Below, in pieces: positions 61,922 to 64,000 of a DNA stretch of 64,000 nt. This stretch comes from Roseibacillus sp. GTDB taxonomy: Bacteria > Verrucomicrobiota > Verrucomicrobiia > Verrucomicrobiales > Akkermansiaceae. Within the stretch, counting starts at the first letter, position 1, and each line of letters opens with the position of its first letter. The notes beneath the pieces were generated by a model, which searched no databases, had not been told where the DNA came from, and saw only the letters and a program-made list of their open reading frames with translations. The stretch covers positions 32,001-96,000 of the forward strand of contig CBDEUM010000038.1 in the NCBI GenBank assembly GCA_965242925.1, given 5' to 3'. A program made the translations under genes and the position numbers.

Positions 61922-62176
61922 GGCCGGTGCAGGCGTTGAAGGCAGCTGTTCCGATGCTGGTGACGCTATCGGGGTCGTGATGCTCGTCAGGCTGGTGCAT
62001 AGCAAGAAGGCCCCATCCCCGATGGTGGTGACCGATTTGCCTTCAATGAGCGCAGGAATCACCAACTTGCCCGATGCGTCTTCGTCACAGCCAGTGATAG
62101 TGACCGCATCACCTTCGGTCTGATACTTTAAATTGGGGTCAACAGGCTTAACCTCCTGCTGTTTTTCTTCGACGGC
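61922..62176 (-). pseudogene. Start-less, frameshifted BspA-type LRR fragment
   Basis: AVEEKQQEVKPVDPNLKYQTEGDAVTITGCDEDASGKLVIPALIEGKSVTTIGDGAFLLCTSLTSIT, frameshift, then PDSVTSIGTAAFNACT. Confidence 0.75.
62143..62161 (-). repeat. 19-bp sequence CAGCAGGAGGTTAAGCCTG, copy 2 (inverted)
   Basis: Reverse complement of 57637-57655, same QQEVKP frame. Confidence 0.9.
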
Positions 62177-62360
62177 CTAGGGTGCGGTGCAGGCTGTAAG
62201 CTGCAAAGGTTCAGTTATCAGTGTTTCGGCTCCGTTGTCCAGTTCGCCGTGATGAGCCTGCTTGGAAAGGGCCTGGGCAGCCTTTTCGAGGCGCTCAAGG
62301 CGTTCGTGAAGGGCTTTGCCCTTTCCTTCTCTATCAGGTTTCTGATAGATCAGGAGTTAT

Positions 62361-64000
62361 ATGAAATCGCTCCTTGCTCTTCTGACTCTCTTTGCGTGCG
62401 CAGTCCTGCCCCTCCAGGCGGCTGATGTCAGCGATCTGACTTACACCACGGATGATGGGAGGGTCACCATCACCGATTGTGATGAAAATGCCTCCGGGGA
62501 ACTCCTGATTCCAGATGAGATTGAAGAAAACACCGTCACTGAAATCGGAAGCGGTGCCTTCTCTAACTGCGCCAGTCTGACGAGCATCACGATTCCCGCT
62601 GGGGTCACCGTCATCGGGAGCAGTGCGTTCAATGCATGCTCCAGCCTGACGGGCATCACAATTCCTGAAGGGGTCACCAGTGTTGGTAGGAATACCTTCT
62701 CTAGCTGTGCCAGCCTGACAAGCGTTACAATTCCTGATAGTGTCACCGCCATCGGAAGCGGTGCCTTCTCTAACTGCGCCAGCCTGACGAGCATCACGAT
62801 TCCTGAAGGGGTCACCAGTGTTGGTAGGAATACCTTCTCTAGCTGTGCCAGCCTGACAAGCGTTACAATTCCTGATAGTGTCACCGCCATCGGAAGCGGT
62901 GCTTTCCAACTCTGCACCGGCCTGACGGGCATCACGGTTCCTGCCCGCGTCACCCGCATCGAGGAAAAAGCGTTCCGAGAGTGCGCCAACCTGACGAGTG
63001 TTACCTTTCTTGGTTCAGCTCCAACCGTGGGCAATCTGGCCTTCGACAATTTAGGGGACGGGGTACAGGCAATCGTGACACCTGAGGAGAGGGCCTCCTT
63101 TGGTGATGCCGGTTCCTTGTGGAATGGGTTGCTCATCGTGGACTGTATGGATGCTCTGTGCATTCTGACTTGGAGCACGGACGATGGGGCGGTCATCATC
63201 ACCGATTGTTATGAAGAGGCCTCCGGGGACCTCCTGATTCCAGACACGATTGAAGGAAATGCCGTCATTGGAATCGGGAGTAATGCATTCGAGGACTGCG
63301 CCGGCCTGACGAGCGTTACAATTCCTGCCGGGGTCACTGTCATCGATACCAGTGCATTCGAGAACTGCACCAGCCTGACGAGCGTTACGATTCCTGCCGG
63401 GGTCACTGTCATCGATACCAGTGCATTCGAGAACTGCACCAGCCTGACGAGCGTTACAATTCCTGCCGGGGTCACTGTCATCGATGCCAGTGCCTTCGAG
63501 AACTGCACCAGCCTGACGAGCGTTACGATTCCTGCTGGGGTCACTGTCATCGATACCAGTGCATTCGAGAACTGCACCAGCCTGATGAGCATCACAATTC
63601 CTGACAGCGTCACCAGGATCGAAAGTCGTGCTTTCGCTGAATGCAGCAGCTTGGCGAGCGTTACTTTCGGGGAAAATAGCGCGTTAACCTATATCGGGGG
63701 CAGTGCTTTCACTGAATGCAGTGGTCTGACGGGTATCACAATTCCTGATAGAGTCACCAAGATTGAGGAAGACACCTTCTACGAGTGCACGAGTCTGACT
63801 GCTGTTAAGGTGGGACGCAGTGTTTATGAGATTGCTTCTGGAGCTTTCCAGAACTGTATCAATCTGTCGGAAGTTGAATTTCCCATGGGAGCTCCAGGAG
63901 AAGTGCATGTAACTTCTTTTCTCAACATCGCGGTCGGAGCCCGGGCCGTTGTTTTGCCTGAGTATTCTGCGAGCTTCGGGACCTTGGAATCGAATCTCTT
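62361..64000 (+). CDS. BspA-family (LRR_5) surface protein, runs off the window end; absent from ORF track
   Basis: AGGAG RBS, MKSLLALLTLFACAVLPLQAA signal, 23-aa repeats LTSVTIPAGVTVIDTSAFENCTS in two cap-plus-repeat modules; no stop seen to 64000. Confidence 0.92.
   Translation, partial: MKSLLALLTLFACAVLPLQAADVSDLTYTTDDGRVTITDCDENASGELLIPDEIEENTVTEIGSGAFSNCASLTSITIPAGVTVIGSSAFNACSSLTGITIPEGVTSVGRNTFSSCASLTSVTIPDSVTAIGSGAFSNCASLTSITIPEGVTSVGRNTFSSCASLTSVTIPDSVTAIGSGAFQLCTGLTGITVPARVTRIEEKAFRECANLTSVTFLGSAPTVGNLAFDNLGDGVQAIVTPEERASFGDAGSLWNGLLIVDCMDALCILTWSTDDGAVIITDCYEEASGDLLIPDTIEGNAVIGIGSNAFEDCAGLTSVTIPAGVTVIDTSAFENCTSLTSVTIPAGVTVIDTSAFENCTSLTSVTIPAGVTVIDASAFENCTSLTSVTIPAGVTVIDTSAFENCTSLMSITIPDSVTRIESRAFAECSSLASVTFGENSALTYIGGSAFTECSGLTGITIPDRVTKIEEDTFYECTSLTAVKVGRSVYEIASGAFQNCINLSEVEFPMGAPGEVHVTSFLNIAVGARAVVLPEYSASFGTLESNL
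62661..62902 (+). repeat. 138-bp-period duplication within the BspA gene
   Basis: 62661-62764 is identical to 62799-62902. Confidence 0.88.
63304..63579 (+). repeat. Four near-identical 69-bp tandem repeats within the BspA gene
   Basis: Units start at 63304, 63373, 63442 and 63511 and differ at only a few positions. Confidence 0.9.

Noticed and set aside
63304..63579. Regular repeats as a CRISPR array
   Set aside because: No unique spacers; units are 69 bp (23 codons) and encode BspA LRRs; no cas genes.
62334..63908. Minus-strand ORFs from the track (62334-62909, 62441-63202, 63209-63613, 63684-63908)
   Set aside because: Antisense shadows of the repetitive plus-strand BspA gene.
56758..64000. 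Intact prophage or integrative element at tRNA-Leu
   Set aside because: No integrase, phage genes or duplicated tRNA 3' end seen in the window.
57637..64000. Diversity-generating retroelement
   Set aside because: No reverse transcriptase, and repeat differences do not form an adenine-specific template/variable pair.

Overview
High-GC bacterial chromosomal segment, most likely Verrucomicrobiota. The evidence is the MurC-MurB fusion, a LysM gene inside the dcw cluster, a long divergent FtsZ and BspA/LRR surface proteins. Positions 1-56.7 kb are largely core genome: the gyrB end and gyrA, gap-pgk-tpiA, a menFDHBACE menaquinone cluster, an RbsD/FucU-like lipoprotein with a very small Mini-RNase III-like gene, pdxH, a glycosyltransferase fused in frame to an ArsS-type radical SAM enzyme, hpt plus a LOG-family gene, rpsO-pnp, rsmB, the mraZ-to-ftsZ dcw cluster, typA, a split metH and two sugar/polyol dehydrogenases. 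At 56674-56757 is a tRNA-Leu whose anticodon reads AAG (A34), which is rare in bacteria. Downstream (56.9-64 kb) is a mosaic accessory region. It holds a chimeric lipoprotein whose C-terminal LRR module starts at a 19-bp sequence that recurs, inverted and in the same frame, in front of a start-less BspA-type module 4.5 kb away (shufflon-like geometry). It also holds orphan C-terminal gene fragments, an IS3 remnant, three co-oriented secreted phosphoesterase genes with attC-like sites but no integrase in view, and a large BspA-like protein (missed by the ORF track) with recent internal tandem duplications. All calls come from reading motifs by eye; no searches were run.
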